This document shows positions 20,521 through 29,112 of a DNA stretch of 64,000 nucleotides, in pieces. How positions within the stretch are numbered: position 1 is the stretch's first letter; each line of letters starts with the position of its first letter. Below the pieces are notes generated by a model, which had not been told where the DNA came from, ran no database searches, and saw only the letters and a list, made by a program, of their open reading frames with translations. Origin of the DNA: Geopsychrobacteraceae bacterium (GTDB taxonomy: Bacteria; Desulfobacterota; Desulfuromonadia; Desulfuromonadales; Geopsychrobacteraceae). The position numbers were made by a program, and so were the translations under genes. The stretch covers positions 47,860-111,859 of the forward strand of contig CAXXGL010000013.1 in the NCBI GenBank assembly GCA_963676555.2. The letters run 5' to 3'.

Positions 20521-22233
20521 CTAATGAATATAGGCTTCGGTGACATAGCGTCGCATCATGATATGGGTGTTGAAATAGTAGGCGTTTTTGCCGATGGCGT
20601 TTTTCATTACCCGCAACCAGCCATCCCGGTCATTATAATAAAGCGGGATGATCGTGTGTTCCAATTTTTGATACATGTCCTCCAGATCCAGAGCGGCCCG
20701 TCCGGCCTCTTCGCCCACTTCCGCGGGCGGCGGGCCGATCGCCCAGCCGGTTACCCCTTCGATGTGGCCCTCGATCCACCAGCCGTCGAGCACACTGAAA
20801 TTGGGAACACCGTTAAGCGCCGCTTTCATGCCGCTGGTTCCCGAGGCCTCGAGCGGTCGCAGCGGGTTGTTGAGCCAGAGATCGACTCCCGGAATGAAGC
20901 GGGAGGCGGTGTCCATGTTGTAATTTTCAAGGTACACCAGGGAAATCCGGCCGTTAAGTTTTTCCGCGACCTGGATGATGTGCTGAATGACTTTTTTTCC
21001 TTCGTTGTCATGCGGATGCGCCTTGCCGCCGAAGACGAACTGCAGCTTGCCCGACCCGATCCGGATGAGGCGTTCGAGATCGCTGAAAATCAGATCGCCG
21101 CGCTTGTAAGTGGCGGCCCGGCGGGCGAAGCCGATGGTCAGCAGCTCGGGGTCGAGGTCGACTCCGGTTTGTTCCCGGACATACTGGAAAAAAAGAGCTT
21201 TCGCTCCATAATGGGCATCCCAGACCTCCGCATCGGAAATATTGTCGACCCGGACCAGCAGCTCCGGCTCATTGGCCCAGCCGGGAAGGTATTTGTCGAA
21301 CAGGTTGACGAAAAAGGGGGAACACCAGGTGAAAGGGTGGATGCCGTTGGTAATCGCATGGATTTCGAAGCCCGGGAAAAGATCCTGGGAGACTTCTCCA
21401 TGGCGCTTGGCCACGCCGTTGATGAATTTGCTCAGGTTCATTGCCAGCACGGTCGTGTTCAGTTCCTCCCGGCCGGCGATTCCCTTGAGCATATTGATCG
21501 GGATTTCGGCGGGCATGATCCGCTCCACCATGTCGTACGGAAAGCGGTCGTGACCGGCCGGGACCGGCGTGTGGGTGGTAAAGACACATTGTTCGCTGAC
21601 CCGGCCGGCAGCCAGGGCGTCAAAATTACCCGGTGGCTGTTCCAGGGGGATGCGCACGCTGTTGAGCAGTTCCAGCGTCAGCAGGCTCGCGTGCCCTTCA
21701 TTCATGTGGTATTTCATGATGGAGAAGTTAAACGCGCGCAGGAGTCTGGCGCCGCCGATTCCCAGGATGATTTCCTGTTTCAGCCTGATTTCCCGATCGC
21801 CGCCGTAAAGATGGTCGGTAAGCATGCGGTCGCGATCATCATTCCCGGGAATGTCGGTATCGAGGAACAAGACCGGCACTTCACCGCCGCTGGGGCTTTT
21901 GACGCGATAGAGCCAGGCCTGAATCTTGACATCCCGTTGCTCGATGGGCACCATGGCTTTCTGAGGTAAAAGCGTCATATACCGTTCCGGCTTCCAGTCG
22001 ACGGACTGCTCTTGCTGCCAGCCGTCGGGGCCGAAGCGCTGCCGGAAATAGCCCTTGCGGTAGAGCAGGGTGACCGCAACCATGGGAATCTTCAGGTCGG
22101 CCGCGCTTTTGATGGTATCCCCGGCCAGGACTCCGAGTCCGCCGCTGTAGGTGGGGATTTCAGCGGTCAAACCGATTTCCATGGAAAAGTAGGCGATGCG
22201 TTCTTGCTGGATATAAATTTTACAGTTTCCCAT
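20521..22233 (-). CDS. glgP: alpha-glucan phosphorylase (GT35, GlgP/MalP family)
   Basis: Alpha-glucan phosphorylase family sequence (YFSMEIG...GGLGVLAGD, TNGVH-like, SGTSGMKAALNG). ATG at 22233 is preceded by AAGGAG. The ORF-track N-terminal extension to 22413 is not supported. Confidence 0.9.
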   Translation of the reverse strand: MGNCKIYIQQERIAYFSMEIGLTAEIPTYSGGLGVLAGDTIKSAADLKIPMVAVTLLYRKGYFRQRFGPDGWQQEQSVDWKPERYMTLLPQKAMVPIEQRDVKIQAWLYRVKSPSGGEVPVLFLDTDIPGNDDRDRMLTDHLYGGDREIRLKQEIILGIGGARLLRAFNFSIMKYHMNEGHASLLTLELLNSVRIPLEQPPGNFDALAAGRVSEQCVFTTHTPVPAGHDRFPYDMVERIMPAEIPINMLKGIAGREELNTTVLAMNLSKFINGVAKRHGEVSQDLFPGFEIHAITNGIHPFTWCSPFFVNLFDKYLPGWANEPELLVRVDNISDAEVWDAHYGAKALFFQYVREQTGVDLDPELLTIGFARRAATYKRGDLIFSDLERLIRIGSGKLQFVFGGKAHPHDNEGKKVIQHIIQVAEKLNGRISLVYLENYNMDTASRFIPGVDLWLNNPLRPLEASGTSGMKAALNGVPNFSVLDGWWIEGHIEGVTGWAIGPPPAEVGEEAGRAALDLEDMYQKLEHTIIPLYYNDRDGWLRVMKNAIGKNAYYFNTHIMMRRYVTEAYIH

Positions 22234-22366
22234 AGGAACTCCTTGTGTCCGATTGTCATCCGCTATACAAACAGGATAGCAGATTGGAGGGAGATCAGAA
22301 GCCGTTATTCCTGTCACTATCCGCACCAGGCGGCCGGGAAACCGCAATCGCTGACGGCTGAAGAAA

Positions 22367-24787
22367 ATGGAAAGGAAAAAAATGGGACAAACACCGGAAC
22401 GTCGGGGAGACAATTACTTCTTTCATTTGTTCAACGGAATCGCCGATGCGGTCTTTCTCTCCGAACGACTGGATGAGGGCAAACCGGGTGGTTATGTCGA
22501 AGTCAATGATGTCGCCTGCGCTTTGCTCGGGTACCGGCGGGAAGAATTGCTGGACCTGTCGCCGGTTGAGCTGAATCGGATCGCCAGTACCGAACCGGAT
22601 AACTTCGCCACAGTTCTGAATGAAATTGAAGCGCACGGGAAAGCCCTGTTCAAGACGGAACTGAAGCATCGGGACGGGTACTGGATACCGGTAGAAATCA
22701 GCAGCCAGGTTTTTGAGTTGGACGGCAGGACGGTTTATTTTTCCGTCGCGCGTGATATCACTCTGCGGGAGAGATATGAATCCGCCATAAAAACCCTGGT
22801 CCGCAGTACAGTCGGCCTGACCGGGCAGGAATGCCTTGAAGAAATCGTCCGGAATCTCTGCCAGTGGCTCCATGTCGAAGGTGCGGCAATCGCCCTTTTG
22901 CAAGGGGACCGTCTACAGATCAAGGCCGACCATTATGAAGGTTCGCAGCGGGAAGAGCCGCAGGCTTTCCCTTGTCACGATTCTCCTTTTGCGGATGTGA
23001 TCCGCGGCGCGGTTAAAATCTATCAGGAACATGCCGGCGCGAATTTCAGAACTCCCGTCTTCGGCCGCTTAAACCATGCGGCCGGTTTTATCGCCTGCCC
23101 CATGACCGGTCATCAGGGCCAGACGCTGGGAGTTATCTATGCCTTTTCCAGCCAACCCCTGCCGCCCGTCCCCCATGTGGAAGAGTTGATGTCCGTTATC
23201 GCATCCCGTGCCGCGGCCGAATGTGAACGCATGCACTATGTGCGTGAACTGTCGCGCAATGAGGAAATGCTCAGAACCCTGTTCAACTCGACTGCGGAAG
23301 CGATTGTCGGCATCGACATGCTCGGAAAAGTTGTTTTTTGCAACCCCACGGCGGGAAAAATCCTCGGCTATCCGCAGGAGAACGATCTGATCGGTCAGTG
23401 TTTCTGGCAATTGGTCAGTCCTTCCCTGGGCGGCGTCCCCTTGGGAATCGACCATGCCGAGTGCCCTTTCATCAGTTTTATCGCCGAACAGGGTATTGTC
23501 AGCAACGAGGACAGTTTTTTTACCCACCGTGACGGACGCCAAATCCCGGTCGAGTACTGGGGGCATCCGATGCGCAGAGATAATCAGTTAGTCGGCGGTG
23601 TCGTGACCTTTATCGACGTGTCGCGCAGGAAGACTTTGGAAAAACAACTGCAGCATTCGCAAAGGATGGAAGCCATCGGGACTTTGACCGGTGGCATCGC
23701 GCACGATTTCAACAATATCCTTACGGTTATTTCCGGCTATGTCGGTTTGCTGCAGTCCCAGTACGGCGATCATCCGAAGCTGGTCGCCAAAATTCGCAAA
23801 ATTGCCGAGGCTGCCGAGCGTGGTTCGAAGTTGACCCACGGTCTTTTGGCTTACAGCCGGAAAAAAAGCGAACCCTCAACGCCGGTCGACTTGAACCGAC
23901 TGGTTCTCAACGTCCAGGATCTTTTCGGCCGGATGATCGGCGAATCCATTCAAAAACGCTTAACTCTGTGTGCCGAGGAACTGGTCGCTCTGGCCGATCC
24001 GTCGCAGTTGGAGCAGGTGCTGGTGAATCTGGCGACCAACGCCCGGGATGCCATGCCTTCAGGCGGCACCCTGACCATGAAAACGGAAAAAACGGTAATC
24101 GATCGGGCGTTCTGCCGGATGCACGGCTATGGTGAGCCGGGCGAGTATGCGCTGATTACCGTGGCCGATACCGGGGTCGGTATCCCCAGGGAGATTCAGC
24201 AAAAAATCTTCGATCCCTTCTTTACCACCAAGGATACCGGTAAAGGTACGGGGCTGGGTCTGGCTATGGCCTGGGGGATCGTCAAGCAGCACCGGGGTTA
24301 CATACGGGTCGAGAGCAGCCCCGGCGAAGGGTCGCGCCTTAAAATCTACCTGCCGTTGACCAGCCAGGCGCCGGTGGCCGAAATCAATGCCCTGACCGGC
24401 GAGTTACCGGGCGGGGACGAAACCATCCTGCTGGTCGAGGACGACCCGCTGGTGCGCGAATCAACCCATAGCATTCTGGCCGCGGTGGGTTACCATGTCA
24501 TGACCAGCGATTGTGCCGAATCGGCCTTGAAAATCATTGCCCGGCAGGATGCCGACCTGAGGCTCGTTCTCTCTGATGTGGTCATGCCCGGGATGAAAGG
24601 CCCTGAATTTTATCAGGAGATCAGAAAGACGACCTCTGTTCCCGTTGTTTTCATGAGCGGCTACACCTTTGATTCGCTACGCGAACAGGGGCTGGTCAGG
24701 GAAGGAGCGATATTATTGAACAAGCCGATCCAGCCCTTGGTTCTATTGACCAAAATTCGCCGGTTACTGGACGCCCCGGCGGCTTAA
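22367..24787 (+). CDS. PAS/GAF sensor hybrid histidine kinase with C-terminal receiver
   Basis: 806 aa with PAS-like repeats, H-box HDFNNIL, N/G boxes (NLATNARDAM, DTGVGI, GTGLGL) and a REC domain (LLVEDD...SDVVMPGM...K). Confidence 0.9.
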   Translation: MERKKMGQTPERRGDNYFFHLFNGIADAVFLSERLDEGKPGGYVEVNDVACALLGYRREELLDLSPVELNRIASTEPDNFATVLNEIEAHGKALFKTELKHRDGYWIPVEISSQVFELDGRTVYFSVARDITLRERYESAIKTLVRSTVGLTGQECLEEIVRNLCQWLHVEGAAIALLQGDRLQIKADHYEGSQREEPQAFPCHDSPFADVIRGAVKIYQEHAGANFRTPVFGRLNHAAGFIACPMTGHQGQTLGVIYAFSSQPLPPVPHVEELMSVIASRAAAECERMHYVRELSRNEEMLRTLFNSTAEAIVGIDMLGKVVFCNPTAGKILGYPQENDLIGQCFWQLVSPSLGGVPLGIDHAECPFISFIAEQGIVSNEDSFFTHRDGRQIPVEYWGHPMRRDNQLVGGVVTFIDVSRRKTLEKQLQHSQRMEAIGTLTGGIAHDFNNILTVISGYVGLLQSQYGDHPKLVAKIRKIAEAAERGSKLTHGLLAYSRKKSEPSTPVDLNRLVLNVQDLFGRMIGESIQKRLTLCAEELVALADPSQLEQVLVNLATNARDAMPSGGTLTMKTEKTVIDRAFCRMHGYGEPGEYALITVADTGVGIPREIQQKIFDPFFTTKDTGKGTGLGLAMAWGIVKQHRGYIRVESSPGEGSRLKIYLPLTSQAPVAEINALTGELPGGDETILLVEDDPLVRESTHSILAAVGYHVMTSDCAESALKIIARQDADLRLVLSDVVMPGMKGPEFYQEIRKTTSVPVVFMSGYTFDSLREQGLVREGAILLNKPIQPLVLLTKIRRLLDAPAA

Positions 24788-24796
24788 ATACAAAAA

Positions 24797-24825
24797 GGAA
24801 TCCCCCGGCTTTGCCGGGGGATTCC
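24797..24825. terminator. GC-rich hairpin terminator between convergent genes
   Basis: 13-bp perfect stem GGAATCCCCCGGC / GCCGGGGGATTCC with a 3-nt loop. The T-tract is good only on the minus strand (TTTTTG). Confidence 0.45.
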
Positions 24826-24880
24826 AAAAGTTTGACGGTTACGGGCATGTGAGCCCCCGAGATACGACAATTTTCCTTTT

Positions 24881-24963
24881 CCGTCACTCTCGCGCAGGCG
24901 GGAGTACGGAAGCGCCTGGTCAGGCAACAGATCTGTGGATTCCCGCCTGCGCGGGAATGACGG
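24881..24963. repeat. inverted pair of REP-like palindromic units
   Basis: CCGTCACTCTCGCGCAGGCGGGAGTACGG (24881-24909) and the reverse complement of CCGTCATTCCCGCGCAGGCGGGAATCC (24937-24963). Each unit is itself a hairpin. A third copy lies at 62866-62893. Confidence 0.55.
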
Positions 24964-25022
24964 CAAGACCTGTGTTTGATTTTGAAGATTGTGTTAAAGC
25001 CCCCGGTTTGACCGGAGGATAC

Positions 25023-25757
25023 TTACTTTGAGCCGTTCTTAGCAGGCAAAAAAGGGTTTAAAAAACCGAAGGTCGGCATTGCCGCCATTGTTTTGCCCAG
25101 CTGTTTCGCTTTCTCTTCGTCAGTTCCTTCGACCTCATTCAAAACGAACAGAAGTTCCTCGGCGGTCATGACGGCAAGGGTGTGCGGCAGCGCCTCTTCA
25201 GCTGAAGTCTTTAACACCGGCATTTTGTTGATGATATACCCGGCGGCGGAAAGATCCATCTGTTTGGCCGCAAACAGGGACAACAGGGTATGATTGACAA
25301 CCCCGTCACAAGGCGAGCAGACGAAGATGAGCGGCAGATTCAACCGGGCGGCATAATCCGCCAGCAACAGCCCGCCGACGATCGGAACCATCAGTCCCGG
25401 GCCCCCGTCAATGATGGTAAAATCATTCTTTTCAATTATATTTTCGGCAGTTTTAATCAGGGAGTTAAAATCGATCTTAACTTTTTCCCGTGTGGCCGCA
25501 ACCGCAGGGTCCAACCGGCTTTTAAAGCGATAAGGCGTTATCTGTTCATCCGGCAATTCCGATTGCGCGACCCGCCGCAGCAGCCTCCCCGCCGGGCCGA
25601 GAGTCTGCCCCGCCTCCACTCCAAGTTCAAACGGACAATGGACACCCGTTTGGTAGTTTGCTTCACGGCAGATCGAAGCCAGCGCGGCAGCAACCAGGGT
25701 GGTACCGACCCGAGGATTGATGCCGACAACTAAAAAACCTTTTTTTCCACTTTGCAT
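25023..25757 (-). CDS. BioD-like (dethiobiotin synthetase / CobQ-fold) protein with non-canonical P-loop
   Basis: ATG at 25757 is preceded by AAGAGG, giving 244 aa. The overall pattern resembles dethiobiotin synthase-like NTPases, but the Walker A position reads GINPRVGTT (no Lys). Confidence 0.5.
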   Translation of the reverse strand: MQSGKKGFLVVGINPRVGTTLVAAALASICREANYQTGVHCPFELGVEAGQTLGPAGRLLRRVAQSELPDEQITPYRFKSRLDPAVAATREKVKIDFNSLIKTAENIIEKNDFTIIDGGPGLMVPIVGGLLLADYAARLNLPLIFVCSPCDGVVNHTLLSLFAAKQMDLSAAGYIINKMPVLKTSAEEALPHTLAVMTAEELLFVLNEVEGTDEEKAKQLGKTMAAMPTFGFLNPFLPAKNGSK

Positions 25758-26112
25758 TGTCCCATATACCTCTTTAGAAATATTTTTTCTTTCAATGATG
25801 AACTCACCGCTCAATCCTTTTTGCGCAGCATTGACGCCGGCGGGGGAGGTGATTTTCCTCCGCGGAGTATAAAACGTAACGGCATGGATGCCAATTGTCG
25901 ACCTATAATTTATTTCTTTTTGAATAAATCCAACGGGACGCGGTTTGCGCGGATCGCATCGCGGCGAGAATAATCCGGAACTGAACAATTGTGATTGAGC
26001 GCATAAATAGTAGCGTTCATACCTTATCTGGATTACCATTTCGTGGTCAAATCATCTCATATGGGGTTGACAGGCACCCGATTGAGTGCTAAAACGCGAT
26101 TTTAAAATAACG

Positions 26113-26688
26113 ATGGAGCAGAGCAAAATGGTTAAAAAGCTGATTGGTCGCAAACTCAAATCCTCACGTTTGAAACGCGATAAAACCATCCAGGAACTGG
26201 CCGAGATGTCTCGAGTATCGTCGAACATGATCTCCAGGATTGAACGGGGGTTGACCATTCCATCGGTTGAAATCCTGATGAAATTGGCCGATGCTCTGGG
26301 CTTGAGCCTGAGTTACTTCGTCGAAGAGGCCGAGCAGAGCGGAACCGTTGTTTTCACTCCCGCAGGCCAGGGGGATCCGATTTTCTTTTTTGAAGACAAG
26401 CACCGGATCAGCAGTCTTACGCAAGGCTTGCGCGATCCCGGTTTTTCGGTTTTTGTCGACACCCTCGAACCGTTCTGCGACAGCGGCGAGGGGGGCATGG
26501 TTCACACCGGAGAAGAGTTTGCCATGGTTCTTGACGGCCGCCTGCACTTTGTCATTGCGGGGGAGGAGTACCAACTGGAGAAAGGCGACTCTGTCGGATT
26601 CAAAGCCTCGCTGCCGCACAGCTGGAAGAACAACAGCGATGAACAGGCCAGAATTCTGTGGATCGTGTCACCGCCGCCGAATGTCTGA
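26113..26688 (+). CDS. XRE-family HTH regulator with C-terminal cupin domain
   Basis: HTH_3 pattern (IGRKLKSSRLKRDKTIQELAEMSRVSSNMISRIERG) plus cupin_2 (H.GEE...G......GDS..F....PH...N). Alternative start at ATG 26128. Confidence 0.85.
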   Translation: MEQSKMVKKLIGRKLKSSRLKRDKTIQELAEMSRVSSNMISRIERGLTIPSVEILMKLADALGLSLSYFVEEAEQSGTVVFTPAGQGDPIFFFEDKHRISSLTQGLRDPGFSVFVDTLEPFCDSGEGGMVHTGEEFAMVLDGRLHFVIAGEEYQLEKGDSVGFKASLPHSWKNNSDEQARILWIVSPPPNV

Positions 26689-26723
26689 GGTAACGGCATT
26701 GTTTCAATGGAGCTGTAAATATC

Positions 26724-27290
26724 ATGCAAATTAAAAAGATAGTTGGGAAGAAGCTGAAAGAGATCCGTCTGAAACAGGATATGACCATCCAGATCCTGGC
26801 GGAAAAATCACAGGTCTCGTCAAACATGATCTCCAGGATCGAGCGTGGCCTGACCATTCCGTCGGTGGAAATCCTGATGCGCCTGGCCACGGTTTTCGAC
26901 AAAAGCATCAATTATTTTGTCGAAGATGTGTCGACTTCACATGAAGTGGTTTACCGTCGTCCCGGCGAACGCGACACAACGGTCTATGACGATGAATACA
27001 ACATGCACACGGAGTCCTTCACTTCGGGCCTGCGCGATCCGCAGTTCATGTCTTTTTATTGCACTGTTCCAAGAGGGGGACAGAGCGGGGAACAGGACAT
27101 GTATCATCCCGGCGATGAGTTGATTTATCTGCTTGAAGGGCGGATTCGCATCACCATCGTGGACGATGTTTATACCCTTGAACCCGGCGACAGCATCTGT
27201 TTCAAATCCCATCTGCCGCATCGTTGGGAGAATATCGGCAGCGGCGACGCCAAGGTGATCTGGACCTTATCGCCATTCACCATCATTTGA
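26724..27290 (+). CDS. XRE-family HTH regulator with cupin domain (tandem paralogue)
   Basis: 188 aa with the same architecture as the upstream gene. The block SSNMISRIERGLTIPSVEILM is identical in both. Confidence 0.85.
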   Translation: MQIKKIVGKKLKEIRLKQDMTIQILAEKSQVSSNMISRIERGLTIPSVEILMRLATVFDKSINYFVEDVSTSHEVVYRRPGERDTTVYDDEYNMHTESFTSGLRDPQFMSFYCTVPRGGQSGEQDMYHPGDELIYLLEGRIRITIVDDVYTLEPGDSICFKSHLPHRWENIGSGDAKVIWTLSPFTII

Positions 27291-27332
27291 TAATTTCAGG
27301 CAGCCAACTGCTTGAAATTTTTGTCGTTACGG

Positions 27333-27361
27333 TTGACTTCTGGGGGTCATTGTGTATAAAT
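27333..27361 (+). promoter_or_regulatory. candidate sigma70 promoter of ihfB
   Basis: TTGACT (27333-27338), 16-nt spacer, TATAAAT (27355-27361), 37 nt upstream of the ATG. Confidence 0.4.
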
Positions 27362-27397
27362 GTAAACTCTTTCCTTTGCAGCCTTGAAGGGGGTTAT

Positions 27398-27673
27398 ATG
27401 AACAAGTCCGAGCTTGTTGAGGCACTGTCCATCAATAAAAACCTGACCTACAAAAAAGCCGAACAGATCGTGAATCTTATCTTTGACGCCATGTCGCAAG
27501 CGCTCATCGATAATGATCGGATTGAAATCAGAGGGTTTGGCAGCTTCATGGTGAAAGATTACAAAGCCTATATGGGACGCAATCCGAAAACCGGTGAAAT
27601 TATCCAGGTTGAAGAGAAAAAATTACCTTTTTTCAAGGTTGGTAAAGAGTTGCGGGAGCGTGTCGATAGTTGA
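27398..27673 (+). CDS. ihfB: integration host factor subunit beta (HU/IHF family)
   Basis: 91 aa: MNKSELVEAL...RIEIRGFGSF...GRNPKTGE...FKVGKELRERV. ATG at 27398; the ORF-track start at 27224 is an upstream extension. Confidence 0.85.
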   Translation: MNKSELVEALSINKNLTYKKAEQIVNLIFDAMSQALIDNDRIEIRGFGSFMVKDYKAYMGRNPKTGEIIQVEEKKLPFFKVGKELRERVDS

Positions 27674-27709
27674 AAACGGAAAAAACATGTCTTCCGCAAG
27701 CCGTTTTTC

Positions 27710-27742
27710 AGACCCGTTCATCAAGATGAATGGGTCTTTTTA
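27710..27742 (+). terminator. rho-independent terminator after ihfB
   Basis: 12-bp stem AGACCCGTTCAT / ATGAATGGGTCT (one G-U pair), loop CAAG, then TTTTT. Confidence 0.7.
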
Positions 27743-27915
27743 ATTTATCCCCGAATCCCTGCACGGCTCGCCGGACGCCGGTACCCGTTGCCGGAGTCGA
27801 CCGTTTAAAGCATACTATGGGTGCACCTGCTGTTTTTTGACAACCCTTATTCACGACAAATATTTGTATTTCTTTAGCGGGCCATATGCTGAGCCCGGTT
27901 GGAACGAGATTCACA

Positions 27916-28422
27916 ATGTTGCATATTTACAAAGGGATAACCCCGAAATTGGCCGACAGTGTTTTTCGTGTCGGTTCCGCTGAAATTATCGGCGATGTTG
28001 AAATCGGTGCGGAAACAAGTGTCTGGTTCAATGTCGTTATCCGCGGCGATGTCAATTTCATTCGTATCGGCGAACGCAGCAATATCCAAGACGGCTCGGT
28101 CATTCATGTCACACATGAAAAATATCCGACTCTGATCGGCGACGACGTCACCATCGGGCACAATGTTACCCTGCACGGTTGCACCATCGGCCATCGTTGC
28201 CTGATCGGCATGGGGGCTGTGGTTATGGATAATGCCGTGGTCGAAGATGACGCCATGGTTGCCGCCGGGGCGCTGGTCGCACCGGGAACCCGTGTGCCGT
28301 CCGGGACTCTCTATGCGGGTTTTCCGGCGCAATACAAACGCCATCTTTCCGCCGACGAGATTGCCGGTTTGAAGCAATCCGCCGGGAATTACCTGAGCTA
28401 TGTCGAAAGCTATAAAAATTAG
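27916..28422 (+). CDS. gamma-carbonic-anhydrase-like hexapeptide-repeat protein (YrdA/PaaY family)
   Basis: Starts MLHIYKGITPKL. Left-handed beta-helix hexapeptide repeats with conserved His residues (IHV..., HNVTLHGC). Confidence 0.85.
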   Translation: MLHIYKGITPKLADSVFRVGSAEIIGDVEIGAETSVWFNVVIRGDVNFIRIGERSNIQDGSVIHVTHEKYPTLIGDDVTIGHNVTLHGCTIGHRCLIGMGAVVMDNAVVEDDAMVAAGALVAPGTRVPSGTLYAGFPAQYKRHLSADEIAGLKQSAGNYLSYVESYKN

Positions 28423-28452
28423 AATTCTACCGCTATTCAAAGGGCTTCTGCC

Positions 28453-28923
28453 GTGAACAAGAACGATCTGAGTGAATTGGCCGACAGCCCGATTTTCAAG
28501 GGCCTGGCATTAAAGGAAATCGAGTTCCTCAGCCGCTTTTTCGTCCCCCACAAGGTCGACGCCGGGAAAACACTCTTTGTGGAAAACATGCCGGGCGAGT
28601 CCCTGTACCTGATCAGGCAGGGAAGCATCAGAATCTCCCAGATGCTGAGTGAAAATGACGAGCAGGTTCTTGTGGTGCTGGGGCCGGGCGAGGTTTTCGG
28701 CGAACTGGCCGTTATTGACGGCGCTGCGCGCGCCACCTCGGCCCGGGTTGCGGAAGAGGCTCTTCTTTACGCTCTGAAACGGAAAAGTTTCATGTCTCTT
28801 GCCAGCGAGAACCCGCGCCTCGGTATGCAGCTGACGCTGAATATCGCCAGAACGTTAAGTTCCAGAATGCGCCTGGCCAAAAAAGAGTATCGCACCATGC
28901 TGACAACCCTTTCAAAGCTATAA
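28453..28923 (+). CDS. cyclic-nucleotide-binding domain protein (no HTH)
   Basis: 156 aa with a GTG start. cNMP-binding pattern (FGELA.IDG..R.A.A). Too short to carry a Crp-type DNA-binding domain. Confidence 0.8.
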   Translation: MNKNDLSELADSPIFKGLALKEIEFLSRFFVPHKVDAGKTLFVENMPGESLYLIRQGSIRISQMLSENDEQVLVVLGPGEVFGELAVIDGAARATSARVAEEALLYALKRKSFMSLASENPRLGMQLTLNIARTLSSRMRLAKKEYRTMLTTLSKL

Positions 28924-29112
28924 CACCCTGAAAATATTACTTTTGAACAATTTTAAAAAAGGAAAAACAAACTCTTTGCGGCGGTTTTTTTACTTGAGAA
29001 ATCTTTGATCGCATTATAGTATGCGCGCGGAAAAACGGAGGACTATACCCCATATTCTTCCGTTTTTTTATGAGCGTTGTGTTAGTTTTTTTGCGCCAGG
29101 GGCGAAGAGTTC

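Noticed and set aside
22234-22413. N-terminal extensions given by the ORF track: glgP to 22413, BioD-like to 26039, ihfB from 27224, ppx from 30696, rbfA from 2952, pilT to 10567 and lepB to 60819.
   Set aside because: The extensions are non-conserved, lack an RBS and often overlap neighbouring genes or promoters. Internal starts with an RBS give family-typical lengths.
24784-25031. ORFs 24784-24966(-) and 24849-25031(+) as small proteins.
   Set aside because: They simply translate the REP-like palindromic units (the SFPRRRES-type peptide) in an intergenic region between convergent genes.
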